From Chloroflexota bacterium (GTDB lineage Bacteria; Chloroflexota; Dehalococcoidia; JABGRK01), in contig JABGRK010000010.1 in the NCBI GenBank assembly GCA_018648325.1, positions 200,621-264,620 on the forward strand: a stretch of 64,000 nucleotides of DNA, read 5' to 3'. The translations under genes and the position numbers were made by a program. Of this stretch, positions 9,294 through 19,151 are shown one piece after another. Every line of letters begins with the position of its first letter. The first letter of the stretch is position 1. The notes beneath the pieces are model-generated. The model ran no database searches and had not been told where the DNA came from. It saw only the letters and a list, made by a program, of their open reading frames with translations.

Positions 9294-10244
9294 TTAATTC
9301 TGTAACTCGGCATATATATCTGGGTGGATGATTTCCAGCATTGCCATTATTCCTTCCACCACACGTGGTCCGTTGCGGCTGATTATATCGGCATCAATAT
9401 CGTATATTTTGTCGTTTTGCACTGCCGCAAGGTTGTCCCATGCACCGCCGCGGGCTTTAACATCGCTTGCCGTTACCCGTGGTGCGTCTGCCAGAATGAT
9501 CATCTCCGAGTCTGCGGCAACCAGATATTCCAGACTGACGTTGGGGTTGTTCTTGGATACCCCCACACCGACATCTGTGCCTCCAGCCAGCATGATTAGA
9601 TTGCTGACGAATGATCCCGATCCAGTGGTCCATATCCCACCGCCATAGCCTGTTTCGCAAAACACCGTAGGCCTGGATACAAGCGCTGTTTTAGCGGTGA
9701 TCGTTGCCAGATCAGCTCTAAGCTGCGCAGTAAGTTCTTCGGCGGTTTTGGTCACATCCATGATTGTACCGACCAGCTCAATATCGGCCATTATGTCATC
9801 GATGCTCTCCGGTCCAAGCACCATAACTGTCAGACCGAGGCCCTCCAGCTGTTCCACGTAGGCAGGCAAATTGTAGCCAAAGGCTATTACCAGGTCTGGC
9901 TCAAGTGCCGTAATAGCTTCAATGTTGACGGCAAAGGCATTACCAACCCTGGCTATTTTGCCATCGGCGCCGTCTTCCAGTGCGCTTCTGGTATTAACCT
10001 CTTCCGGGTAGTTGCAAAAGTCGCTGACTCCAACAACGTTATCGCCCAGCCCCAGCGCGAACAGTATCTCGGTATTGCTTGGTGCCAGAGACACTATCTT
10101 TTCCGGGACGGTATCGAAGGTAAGTGTTCTGCCGAGATCATCGTTTATATCGCCCGCAACCGCAACTGGCGTTGCACAGGCAGTAATGGATACAACCAGT
10201 AAGATTATGGGCAGCATTAGCCCAAGTAGCTTTTTGAAGTTCAT
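9294..10244 (-). CDS. btuF: Class III periplasmic substrate-binding lipoprotein (BtuF/FepB-like), probable cobalamin-binding
   Basis: Lipobox SITACA. PBP-fold pattern. Placed directly behind a cobalamin riboswitch. Confidence 0.75.
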   Translation of the reverse strand: MNFKKLLGLMLPIILLVVSITACATPVAVAGDINDDLGRTLTFDTVPEKIVSLAPSNTEILFALGLGDNVVGVSDFCNYPEEVNTRSALEDGADGKIARVGNAFAVNIEAITALEPDLVIAFGYNLPAYVEQLEGLGLTVMVLGPESIDDIMADIELVGTIMDVTKTAEELTAQLRADLATITAKTALVSRPTVFCETGYGGGIWTTGSGSFVSNLIMLAGGTDVGVGVSKNNPNVSLEYLVAADSEMIILADAPRVTASDVKARGGAWDNLAAVQNDKIYDIDADIISRNGPRVVEGIMAMLEIIHPDIYAELQN

Positions 10245-10279
10245 TGTTTCTCCTAAAATTTGATATATTTATAGGCATC

Positions 10280-10311
10280 AAAAAACCCCTTGCTCCATGT
10301 AAAACAAGGGG
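10280..10311 (-). terminator. Intrinsic terminator (expression platform) between the cobalamin riboswitch aptamer and btuF
   Basis: On the minus strand: CCCCTTG-TTTTACATGGAG-CAAGGGG followed by UUUUUU. Confidence 0.55.
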
Positions 10312-10324
10312 ATATATTTATGGT

Positions 10325-10505
10325 GATCCGCTCATGCCCAACCCCTTTCCGCGGAGGTCCTTCAGGACAAAGTCAAAGGCGGGCGTTCTGGCTTCCATGA
10401 CTATTGCATGGTTACAGCAGCGGGACTGCGCCGGACTTTCACCGGACTTGCTATCCGCATTAAGCCCCTCTAGCGGGGCGCCTTTGCTTTCGCTATATGG
10501 TTTGA
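10325..10505 (-). ncRNA. Cobalamin (B12) riboswitch upstream of btuFCD
   Basis: The minus-strand RNA contains GGUGAAAGUCC and GCAGUCCCGCUGCUGUAA. It also has a B12-box-like AGCCAGAACGCCCGCC (consensus AGYCMGGAGACCKGCC). Confidence 0.75.
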
Positions 10506-10595
10506 AAATATCTTAGCACTGCACCGCCAAAAAGGCAAATGAAGTTATGTTTTTTTATCACTGGCACCGGTAGTACCGCATGGTGTTTTAACCGT

Positions 10596-11003
10596 CTAAT
10601 ATTCCTCAGATATCAGCCATTCACCATCAACTTTTATCAAATCTACAGTCAGGCTTTCATCAACCTCAGTACTATCGCCATGTTGTACTACTATTAAACG
10701 GAAATCAATAGCAATTGTAGCAGAACTTTCAGTCTCGGACTCTATGGTAAGGACGCGATTGGTAATAGAGAATGAAGGCGCTGTCTCAAAGGCCATTTCA
10801 TATGTTTCAATACGCTCGGCAGTGGTCATCTCCATAAAGTTTTCCGTTTCGTAGCTAACTGTTGCCTGTGCATTTTCAGCAACCGTTGCATCAAGCCATG
10901 CGTTTACAGTTCCCTTTGGGGTGGCTGTAGCGGGAGAGCAGGACAATACTGAGATAGGGATGATCATTATCATAGCAATTAGAACCAGCTTCAGTAGTTT
11001 CAT
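10596..11003 (-). CDS. Small lipoprotein (DUF4878-like fold suspected); domain homologous to the N-terminus of paralog B (6040..7008)
   Basis: Start at ATG 11003 after a GGAG RBS. Lipobox VLSCS. Internal similarity to paralog B is visible by eye. Confidence 0.5.
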   Translation of the reverse strand: MKLLKLVLIAMIMIIPISVLSCSPATATPKGTVNAWLDATVAENAQATVSYETENFMEMTTAERIETYEMAFETAPSFSITNRVLTIESETESSATIAIDFRLIVVQHGDSTEVDESLTVDLIKVDGEWLISEEY

Positions 11004-11134
11004 AATTTGTCTCCATCTAAACGAAAAATCAGTGTTCGTATATGATACTCTCAATCAGGGAGTATATCAATGCTGCAAGATACTTGCCAGCTGTCCTTGT
11101 GACGATGTAATTCTGGCACAGATAGCTGCCCATA

Positions 11135-11530
11135 TCATAGTTTTAGGACTGACATAATCGCCTTGGCTAAATTCTGCGACACCAAACGTAAATCTACATG
11201 TGACAGGGCTTTTAGCGTATCTGGTTCCGGTAAAGAGTGCCCGCTTACCCACACTTCGTATCTTTCATGGTAGCAGTGGTCGTGTATAGCATTGGCTATT
11301 GCAACTTCACTGGATGATTTGGCTGTTTGTTTCCTTGTTCTTGCCTCCACGTCTTCATCTGTCTCTGCCAAATCTGGAAATGCATGATCAAGTGAACTGT
11401 GTATGCCATAGTACTCTATTTCTTCCTTCTCCTCGCGCAGGGTGTAACATTTGGGGTGTTCATAATGTCTGTAGTGGCAATCGCTGTTAAACTCACATGG
11501 CTGGCATTCCTTCTTGTTCTCTCGCGTCAT
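11135..11530 (-). CDS. Cys/His-rich hypothetical protein
   Basis: Start at ATG 11530 directly after AAGGAGGTGGTG. N-terminal C-x2-C...C...C and a HDHCYH motif. No family recognised. Confidence 0.45.
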   Translation of the reverse strand: MTRENKKECQPCEFNSDCHYRHYEHPKCYTLREEKEEIEYYGIHSSLDHAFPDLAETDEDVEARTRKQTAKSSSEVAIANAIHDHCYHERYEVWVSGHSLPEPDTLKALSHVDLRLVSQNLAKAIMSVLKL

Positions 11531-11728
11531 CACCACCTCCTTCTTAATCAATTTGCAGCTTATTCCATATGGATCAGAGGCGGACAGTCTATGACTTCAG
11601 GCCCATTGCTGTCAACCCCTGGCAAGCACATTTGATGGTTGTTACCAAAAACTTCATCTGGATACTGCTTGTAATTATTGACTGTGGTGATATAATGTGG
11701 CATCCACCGTATCTCGGAGGTGTCAACT

Positions 11729-14700
11729 GTGCCATCACAGAACTCCAAACGTGAAGAAAACTTCAGGATCATCCTTGAACAGACAAGCGAGGGAGTGATT
11801 ACTACTGATGTTGATGGGAAGATAACGTTTGCCAACAAAGCAGCTGCCACGATATTGGGCTATGCTGATCCCGGTGCACTGATTGGTATGCCTATGGTAG
11901 ATAGATATCCACATCTAGAAAATAGGGAGTTGTTAATTCAGGAATTAAAGAGCAAAGGGCAAATCCCGGATCATGAAACAACTCTTAAGAAAAAGGATGG
12001 AGCCCTGGTTGAAGTGCTGGGGCATGTCGCTGTTAAAAATGATGATAATGGTAATTTTACCGGATCGATCGGCCTTTTCTCCGACATTACCGAACGCAAG
12101 CGAATTGAAGAGGAACTCAGACTTCAGAGTGAGGTAACCTCTCACCTCTCCGAGGGCATATACCTTATAAGGGCCAGCGACGTTGCAATCGTTTACACCA
12201 ACCCCAGATTCGAGCAGATGTTTGGCTACGGCCTCGGTGAAATGATCGGCAAGCATGCCTCCATAGTCAATGCCCCAACCGACATGGACCCACAAAAAAC
12301 TGCCGTTGAAATCACAAAAGTCATACGCAAAACCGGCGCATGGCGGGGGGAAATCGAAAACATCAAAAAGGACGGCACTCCGTTTTGGTGCTATGCCAGC
12401 GTCTCCCTGTTCGATCATCCCCAGTATGGACAGGTCATGGTTGCAGCACATACCGATATCACCGAGCGCAAACGTGTCGAGCAGGAGCTCAAGGAAAGGA
12501 CCGATTTCCTCGACACAATTACAGAAAGCTCAGCCCTGAGCATGTGGATATCTGATAATAAAGGAACAGCAATCAGGGCAAACGCCGCTTGCCTTAAGTT
12601 CTTTGGGGCCACCAGGGAAGAGGTAATTGGTAAATACAACCTTCTCAAAGATGCCGTTATCCAGAAACAAGGATTCATGCCAATCATAAAAGACGTGTTT
12701 GAAAAGGGAGAAGCAGCCAGCATTATGATCGACTACGATTTTAGTGCCGTTGATCATGTTGATGTAAAAGCTGCCACCCACAAGATCATAAAATCGGTAT
12801 TCACGCCGGTTCTGGATAGCAGTGGAAAAGTTTCCAACGTCATTGTTCAATCTATTGACCTCACAGACATAAAGCTGGCCGAGGAAGCATTACGTGATAG
12901 TGAGGGGAAATATCGCACTTTGTTTGAAACCATGGTTCAAGGGGTTGTTTATCAGGATGTGTCGGGAAATATCATCTCGGCTAACTTAGCTGCTGAGAGA
13001 ATACTGGGACTGAGCATTGACCAGATGCAGGGACGTACCTCTATGGACCCGCGCTGGCGGGCTATTCATGAAGATGGCATTGATTTCCTGGGTGAAACGC
13101 ATCCTGCAATCGTGGCACTCAACACTGGTAAGAAGATCAAAAATACTATCATGGGTGTCTTCAATCCGCATGACAGTCAGATGCACTGGATAAACGTTAA
13201 TGCCGTTCCACAGTTCAAACCGGGAGATAAGAAACCCTACCAGGTATATACCACGTTTGAAGATATCACTGAGCGTAAGCGTGCTGAAGAGGAACTTAAG
13301 AAAAGCAATGCCATGCTTTCAACGGCCCAGCGTGTTGGTAATGTGGGCAGTTGGGAATATGACATTGTTGCTAATACGCCATACTGGTCGGATGAAATAT
13401 ACCGGATATTTGGCCTTGTGCCGCAGGAAATTAAAGCAACCTTCGAAGCATTTGGAGATCACATACATCCCGATGACCGGGAAATGGTGATTAAAGCATA
13501 CAATAACTCTGTTAAGACAAAAATCCCATATAATATTGAGCATCGGCTTATGCACAAAGATGGCACCATCAAACATGTCAATGAAAGGTGTGAAACCTAC
13601 TATGACAGCCAAGGGAAACCTGTTCGTTCGATTGGATTTATCCAGGACATCACCGAACGCAAGCGTGCCGAACAAGAGATATCTGATCTGGCCAGGTTCC
13701 CCAGCCAGAACCCTAATCCTGTACTGCGTGTCAAAAAGGATGGCACTATCGTTTATGCCAATGATGCCAGCACACTGCTACTTGAGCATTGGGGCACCCA
13801 ACTAAACAAGTCTCTTCCACAAAACTGGCAAAAGATGGCATTGAAATCCCTTAAGTCAGGCACTCCGGTAATTGCTGATGTTGAATATAATAATAAGGTG
13901 TTTTCTCTAACACTTTCTCCCGTCAGTGATCGTGCGCAGGTTAATATTTACGCACTGGATATAACTGATCGTAGACGCGCCAAAGAAAAACTTCAGCAGT
14001 ACTCGGAAAACCTCAAAGATATGGTTGAGCAAGGAACCCGTGATCTTACCGAAGCACGTGAGAAGCTGGTTCGTTCAGAGAAGCTATCCCTTCTTGGCCA
14101 GTTTGCCACTGGTATTGCGCACGACCTAAAAAATCCTCTAAATATAATTAACAATGCTGCCTATGTACTTAAGCTCGGATCGAGCGGCAAGAGTGAGAGA
14201 GATTTGCGCTCTATCCGGATTTTGGGAGAAGAAGTAAAGAGAGCAAATAGTATAATTGAAGGGCTGCTTGATTTTTACAGGACTGCTGAAATTGATCTAA
14301 AGGAAATGGATATTGGCAAAATTATTGAAGAGCTTGTTAATAGAATATCTTTTGCTGAAGATGTAGAGGTGGTTATTGAATTAGATAAGCCCATAAACGT
14401 ACTGGTCGACCTAAAGCAGGTTACAAGGGTATTTCAAAATATCATGGACAATGCCGTTCAATCTATGCCCAAAGGCGGAACTTTAAAGGTTTGCAGTGCT
14501 AATATGAAAGAATTTGTACAAATAGAATTTTCCGATACAGGTACGGGTATCTCTGAAGAAAATCTGGATAAAGTATTTGAACCACTATTTACCACCAGAA
14601 AGCTTGCCGGTGGTACGGGTCTGGGGCTGGTTATATGCAAGTCAATTGTTGAAGCTCACAACGGGACCCTTACGGTCAGTAGCAAATTTGGAAAAGGAAC

Positions 14701-14731
14701 CGTATTTACGGTTAAACTTCCATTCGCATAA
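11729..14731 (+). CDS. Multi-PAS/PAC sensor histidine kinase (about 5 PAS domains, HisKA, HATPase_c); no adjacent response regulator
   Basis: Repeated DITERKRAEEEL PAC boundaries. H-box IAHDLKNPL. N/G1/G2 boxes (DNAVQS, DTGTGI, GGTGLGL). Probable GTG start at 11729, 8 nt after GGAGG. Confidence 0.9.
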   Translation: MPSQNSKREENFRIILEQTSEGVITTDVDGKITFANKAAATILGYADPGALIGMPMVDRYPHLENRELLIQELKSKGQIPDHETTLKKKDGALVEVLGHVAVKNDDNGNFTGSIGLFSDITERKRIEEELRLQSEVTSHLSEGIYLIRASDVAIVYTNPRFEQMFGYGLGEMIGKHASIVNAPTDMDPQKTAVEITKVIRKTGAWRGEIENIKKDGTPFWCYASVSLFDHPQYGQVMVAAHTDITERKRVEQELKERTDFLDTITESSALSMWISDNKGTAIRANAACLKFFGATREEVIGKYNLLKDAVIQKQGFMPIIKDVFEKGEAASIMIDYDFSAVDHVDVKAATHKIIKSVFTPVLDSSGKVSNVIVQSIDLTDIKLAEEALRDSEGKYRTLFETMVQGVVYQDVSGNIISANLAAERILGLSIDQMQGRTSMDPRWRAIHEDGIDFLGETHPAIVALNTGKKIKNTIMGVFNPHDSQMHWINVNAVPQFKPGDKKPYQVYTTFEDITERKRAEEELKKSNAMLSTAQRVGNVGSWEYDIVANTPYWSDEIYRIFGLVPQEIKATFEAFGDHIHPDDREMVIKAYNNSVKTKIPYNIEHRLMHKDGTIKHVNERCETYYDSQGKPVRSIGFIQDITERKRAEQEISDLARFPSQNPNPVLRVKKDGTIVYANDASTLLLEHWGTQLNKSLPQNWQKMALKSLKSGTPVIADVEYNNKVFSLTLSPVSDRAQVNIYALDITDRRRAKEKLQQYSENLKDMVEQGTRDLTEAREKLVRSEKLSLLGQFATGIAHDLKNPLNIINNAAYVLKLGSSGKSERDLRSIRILGEEVKRANSIIEGLLDFYRTAEIDLKEMDIGKIIEELVNRISFAEDVEVVIELDKPINVLVDLKQVTRVFQNIMDNAVQSMPKGGTLKVCSANMKEFVQIEFSDTGTGISEENLDKVFEPLFTTRKLAGGTGLGLVICKSIVEAHNGTLTVSSKFGKGTVFTVKLPFA

Positions 14732-14758
14732 AACATGCAATTCACTACAGTTTTGGTT

Positions 14759-14807
14759 ATCGGGATGTTCATCCACTGATGCTTATGATTGTTCAATACC
14801 ATTTGTG
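14759..14807 (+). repeat. Intergenic repeat element, copy A (ATCGGGATGTTCATCCACTGATGCTTATGATTG...ATACCATTT)
   Basis: Aligns with the copies at 20124, 22198 and (partial) 22763. Confidence 0.6.
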
Positions 14808-14970
14808 TTTTCAATTCAACGGTTTACCAACATAAATACGTCTATTAGTCTATGAAAAATTAGAGTTGTTAGTTAGTATTTAGGTTTTTGCGTAATCAAT
14901 CGTTGATTATTGTACCTGAATGATTTAGAATTCATTAACAATTCTTGATATTGGATATACGTAGAAATAC

Positions 14971-17900
14971 ATGAAATCTATTTTCGTTGCAATGAGCTTG
15001 GTTGCTTTTATAGGCAGCTTTATTTTGGTGGGACTGACCGCCTTTTCTGTATCTTCTTCCGCTAGTGCTTCAGGTGACATTAAACCTCCATTTGATGATA
15101 CCCAATTGGGAATAAGTGGGCATATCTCTAATATACTCACGGAAAAACTGATAGATACAGAGGATGAAACCGTTTTCATTGCCTCATCTAGAGGTCTATA
15201 TATCCTCAAACAGGAAACACTGCAGGCTTGTATCCCACTATCAAGTCAGATTACTGATATGGCTACAATAGAAGATATATCGGGTGATGGTAAGCGAGAA
15301 ATCGTGATAACACTGTACGAAAGCCATTATTCCAACGTTAGATGTTACGATCCGGCCACTGGGGACCTCTTATGGCAGTATTCCAGTACAGAGCGCGTTT
15401 ATGTTGAAGACATAGGATGGAATACCGTAAATTCTATCCCATCCACACTCAAAATTATAAATAATAACCGCATTGCTTTTACGCTCAGGGACAAACTTCT
15501 GGTATTGGACAGCAATGGCTGTTTGGCTGGCTATGCTAATACAGGGTTAGATTATCTGGAAGTGGTTCAAGATATGAACGGCGACGGGGTGAGTGACCTT
15601 CTGGGAGCCATGCAGCATCCCCCACCGGAGACGGCCTATAAAAATCTCCAGGGGCAACAGATTTTCCCTGCACTGTATTTGTTTAGTGGGACAAATGGCA
15701 TGCAAATTGATTGCATACAAAAGACACCAAATGTTGAAACCCCTACCAATGCATCATTCTTATCAATGGAGGTTTTTGAAATGGATGGCCGGAGTACAGC
15801 GGCCATGCGAATCCTCTACGGAGAAGAACTCAGGCTATATTTGATTGATTTGGTAACCAAAGCTATTGATTGGGAGATCGCACCTTTTGCACACAGATTT
15901 GGTGAATTCTCCCGTAGAGATATCAGAAATGCGGGAGATATTAACAGTGATGGCTATGATGACATCATGGAGCTTGCCGAGAAGAGGTTTGTAACGCCTT
16001 GGGCGATTGAATATGAGACTACAATCATGATTTATGATGGACGAACGCAGGAGACATTATGGGATGCAGACTTGATGATTCCCAGCCAGTTAAACTACAT
16101 CAACTTTTTATCGCTAGATAACCAGACGGTTTTGGTAGCAACACAAGAAATTGATGCCGGTGAAACGATCTTTAATGTTTTTGATATCGTGCAGGGTGAA
16201 CTATCTCTGAGCTTTAATATTAGTGGCGTGGATTTTAACCCAAACGTTTTTCAGTACAATGGCAATAGTTGGCTGTATTATTATGATCATGGTCTTCTTC
16301 ATATTTCAGGCCAGGGTGATATTCTGTGGCATCTTCCTGTCACGCCTGATTCGATTATAGCTGCCAGGGGCGATTTTGTGGGAGATGACACAGATGATTT
16401 TCTTCTGTATTCAAATGACGATGTCGGATATTTGTCTTCTGTAACCAGATCATTGTGTGTAGTAGATGGTGCCACATATCAGAAGATATGGTCTTACAAT
16501 GTTCCCGACATTGATAGCGCTCTTGAACATATACAGATCGTTCCCGACATCGATGGGGATGGCAGGCAAGATATAGTTGGTATAGAAAATACCGGCGCTG
16601 TACGTGATCTGGCTGCAGATCAAAGCAAGATATTCGAGTTTAGCGGTAGTGGTGATGCCGGTCAAGCGAAAGTTATATCTGAGATACCACTTGCAAGACT
16701 CACCGCGTCGTTCGCTTTCATTCCTTACCAGGCAGGTTCATATGCGGTCGGTAGTCACAGTAATCTGTCAGTGGTAGATCGAGCCGGTAATGTCCTTTGG
16801 CAAAAAAATTATACAGATTGGGGAGCATCCTATACCAGCGTCGAAGATGTCAGTGTTATCGTTGTTGGTGATGTCAATGATGATAATATCCCTGATATAG
16901 CTACACTTTTTAAGCAAGAGGTTGTAATAAGTAAAAGCGATGTCTGGCCTAACTATATAGATCATGTCAACTACAGGGGTTTTGTAAGACCTGGGGTACA
17001 GGCTTCTCAAACAGAAACATTTCACTATGAGAAGGAAGCTTCTGATCTCAATGATGATGGTGTAAAGGATATAGTATTTACTATAAAAACCGATGAGAGA
17101 TGGGTCGCCTATACTGCCTTGTCACCTGTAAGCGGGCAGGAGGTATTTCAGGCATTTATGGGAGAGTATACAGGAGCTAACAGGATGATCGTGAAACCGT
17201 CATATGTCGATTTCAACAATGATGGTTTTACAGATAATCTGGTATTTCAAGGAGAGGCTTGGGGTAGGGACAGTTGGCGATGGAATAATTTGAAGCTTTG
17301 GATATCAAGTGGTAAAGATGGTACAAGTATATATGATATCGATCTTTCCGCTATCCCAAATAGCATCAGTATGATTGGTACGGTTGAGATCACTGACACT
17401 TCAGTGATGCCTGCATCTGCGATAACAGATATGAATGGAGATGGTATCGCAGAACTTGCCGTATTTACCATGGAGTTGAGTGTAGATGGTGACGATAACA
17501 CGGAGGGATTTTTTCATCTAACCCCGCTAAGCGATGTTAAATCAAGGCCAGCTCTCACTATTTATGACATTGCTCAAGGTAAAGAGTTGAAAACTTTCCC
17601 AGTCATTGATGATGATGTATTTAAAGATCGTAAATTGCACATTTCCATGCGTGAGATAGGCGATGTAAATAGCAACGGCAGCAGTGATATTGCTCTTATC
17701 TCAGACATAGGGATAACCGTAGTTGATGTGCAGCAGGAGCGTACCATATCAAAGTTTTCTTTGGACTCCCCGGTTGAAATCGTGCATGTAGCAGATAGCC
17801 AGACTGTGGGCCTGGTTATTGGGGGTGGGCTCTATATGTATGATGCATCAAGCGATTTTACTATAACTTCACCTGCCACAGGGAGTAACATCAGTACTCC

Positions 17901-18225
17901 GGCAAGAGTCTCCTGGGAGGGTGGCACAGATGGCTCTTCTACACGCGTTCTGGTAAATCAGGTATTTGCAGGTCAAACCGCAGACAACTATTTTGATTTA
18001 CCGCTAAAAAAGGGAAGCTACAAACTAACTATTGCATCGGAAGACCAATATGGAAAAACCTATTATGACACTGTGGTTTTCACTACAGCAAAAGGGGTAG
18101 CAACAGCGGTATTTATCATTCTGCTTTTAATCATTTTGGTTGCTTCCCTATTGGCATTCAGGTTTTCTAAAAAGATACGTAGGGCCAAATTCAAGTGGGG
18201 AGGTTGGCTACGGAAGACACCTTAA
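14971..18225 (+). CDS. Large secreted/membrane-anchored FG-GAP (integrin-alpha-like, D-x-N/D-x-D-G-x-x-D) repeat protein with C-terminal TM anchor
   Basis: Signal peptide. Many DINGDG/DMNGDG/DIDGDG calcium-binding-like loops. C-terminal hydrophobic helix followed by basic residues (RFSKKIRRAK). Confidence 0.7.
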   Translation: MKSIFVAMSLVAFIGSFILVGLTAFSVSSSASASGDIKPPFDDTQLGISGHISNILTEKLIDTEDETVFIASSRGLYILKQETLQACIPLSSQITDMATIEDISGDGKREIVITLYESHYSNVRCYDPATGDLLWQYSSTERVYVEDIGWNTVNSIPSTLKIINNNRIAFTLRDKLLVLDSNGCLAGYANTGLDYLEVVQDMNGDGVSDLLGAMQHPPPETAYKNLQGQQIFPALYLFSGTNGMQIDCIQKTPNVETPTNASFLSMEVFEMDGRSTAAMRILYGEELRLYLIDLVTKAIDWEIAPFAHRFGEFSRRDIRNAGDINSDGYDDIMELAEKRFVTPWAIEYETTIMIYDGRTQETLWDADLMIPSQLNYINFLSLDNQTVLVATQEIDAGETIFNVFDIVQGELSLSFNISGVDFNPNVFQYNGNSWLYYYDHGLLHISGQGDILWHLPVTPDSIIAARGDFVGDDTDDFLLYSNDDVGYLSSVTRSLCVVDGATYQKIWSYNVPDIDSALEHIQIVPDIDGDGRQDIVGIENTGAVRDLAADQSKIFEFSGSGDAGQAKVISEIPLARLTASFAFIPYQAGSYAVGSHSNLSVVDRAGNVLWQKNYTDWGASYTSVEDVSVIVVGDVNDDNIPDIATLFKQEVVISKSDVWPNYIDHVNYRGFVRPGVQASQTETFHYEKEASDLNDDGVKDIVFTIKTDERWVAYTALSPVSGQEVFQAFMGEYTGANRMIVKPSYVDFNNDGFTDNLVFQGEAWGRDSWRWNNLKLWISSGKDGTSIYDIDLSAIPNSISMIGTVEITDTSVMPASAITDMNGDGIAELAVFTMELSVDGDDNTEGFFHLTPLSDVKSRPALTIYDIAQGKELKTFPVIDDDVFKDRKLHISMREIGDVNSNGSSDIALISDIGITVVDVQQERTISKFSLDSPVEIVHVADSQTVGLVIGGGLYMYDASSDFTITSPATGSNISTPARVSWEGGTDGSSTRVLVNQVFAGQTADNYFDLPLKKGSYKLTIASEDQYGKTYYDTVVFTTAKGVATAVFIILLLIILVASLLAFRFSKKIRRAKFKWGGWLRKTP

Positions 18226-19148
18226 TGATTGAAACCAGGGGAATGACAAAGGTCTTCGGTGGTCTGGTTGCCGTCAATGATCTGGATATGAAGGTCAGGC
18301 GCGGTACAATCCACGGCTTTGTTGGTCCCAACGGAGCGGGGAAGACAACTACAATTAAAATGCTGGTTGGGCTGCTTAGATGCAGCAGCGGTAAAGGATT
18401 GATCAAGGGTCTTGCTGCCGGTTCAAAAGACGCCAGAAGGATTGTTGGCTACTCGCCGGAACGCCCGCCTCTGTACAGTGATATGACCACAGAGGACTAT
18501 CTTAAATTCATGGCAAGGCTTAGCGGTCTTAAATCGGCTGAAGCAGTAAACAGAACAGCCGAGTTACTTGATCTGGTGGAACTCACTGGTTTCAAAGACA
18601 GCAAAGTGGGAGGCTTTTCCGCTGGAATGAAACAGCGTTTGGGGCTTGCTCAAGCGTTGGTAAATCATCCTGAACTGATCATACTGGATGAGCCCACCGC
18701 TAATTTGGACCCCACTGGCAGAAGAACGGTTATAAACAAGCTGAAAAAGCTTAACTACGAGCACAATATAACCATATTGATCAGCAGTCATATTTTACCG
18801 GAGCTTGAGCAGTTGATCGACTCGGTCACTTTGATAAATAAGGGCAAATCGGTGATTGAGAACGACCTGGATCAGGTAAAAGAAGACTTCAAACGAGACA
18901 GATACAGAATAAATACATCGGATAACAAGAGGGTTATTGATACACTGAAAGTCAAATCATATGTTGATGATATACAGGTCGACCAAGCGGGTGATATCCA
19001 CATTACCTGTTTAGATGCGCAGATATTGCAGGATGATCTAATCGACATTATAACCGAACATAAGCTGCGGCTGACAACCTTTGATGAGGAAACAATAAAG
19101 CTTGATGACATTTATTCCCAGTCGCTAAATATAGGTGAGGAACAGTAA
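18225..19148 (+). CDS. ABC transporter ATP-binding protein (ABC-2/DrrA-like)
   Basis: Walker A GPNGAGKTT, LSGGMKQR, ILDEPT. ATG at 18225 overlaps the stop of the FG-GAP gene. Confidence 0.85.
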   Translation: MIETRGMTKVFGGLVAVNDLDMKVRRGTIHGFVGPNGAGKTTTIKMLVGLLRCSSGKGLIKGLAAGSKDARRIVGYSPERPPLYSDMTTEDYLKFMARLSGLKSAEAVNRTAELLDLVELTGFKDSKVGGFSAGMKQRLGLAQALVNHPELIILDEPTANLDPTGRRTVINKLKKLNYEHNITILISSHILPELEQLIDSVTLINKGKSVIENDLDQVKEDFKRDRYRINTSDNKRVIDTLKVKSYVDDIQVDQAGDIHITCLDAQILQDDLIDIITEHKLRLTTFDEETIKLDDIYSQSLNIGEEQ

Positions 19149-19151
19149 TCA

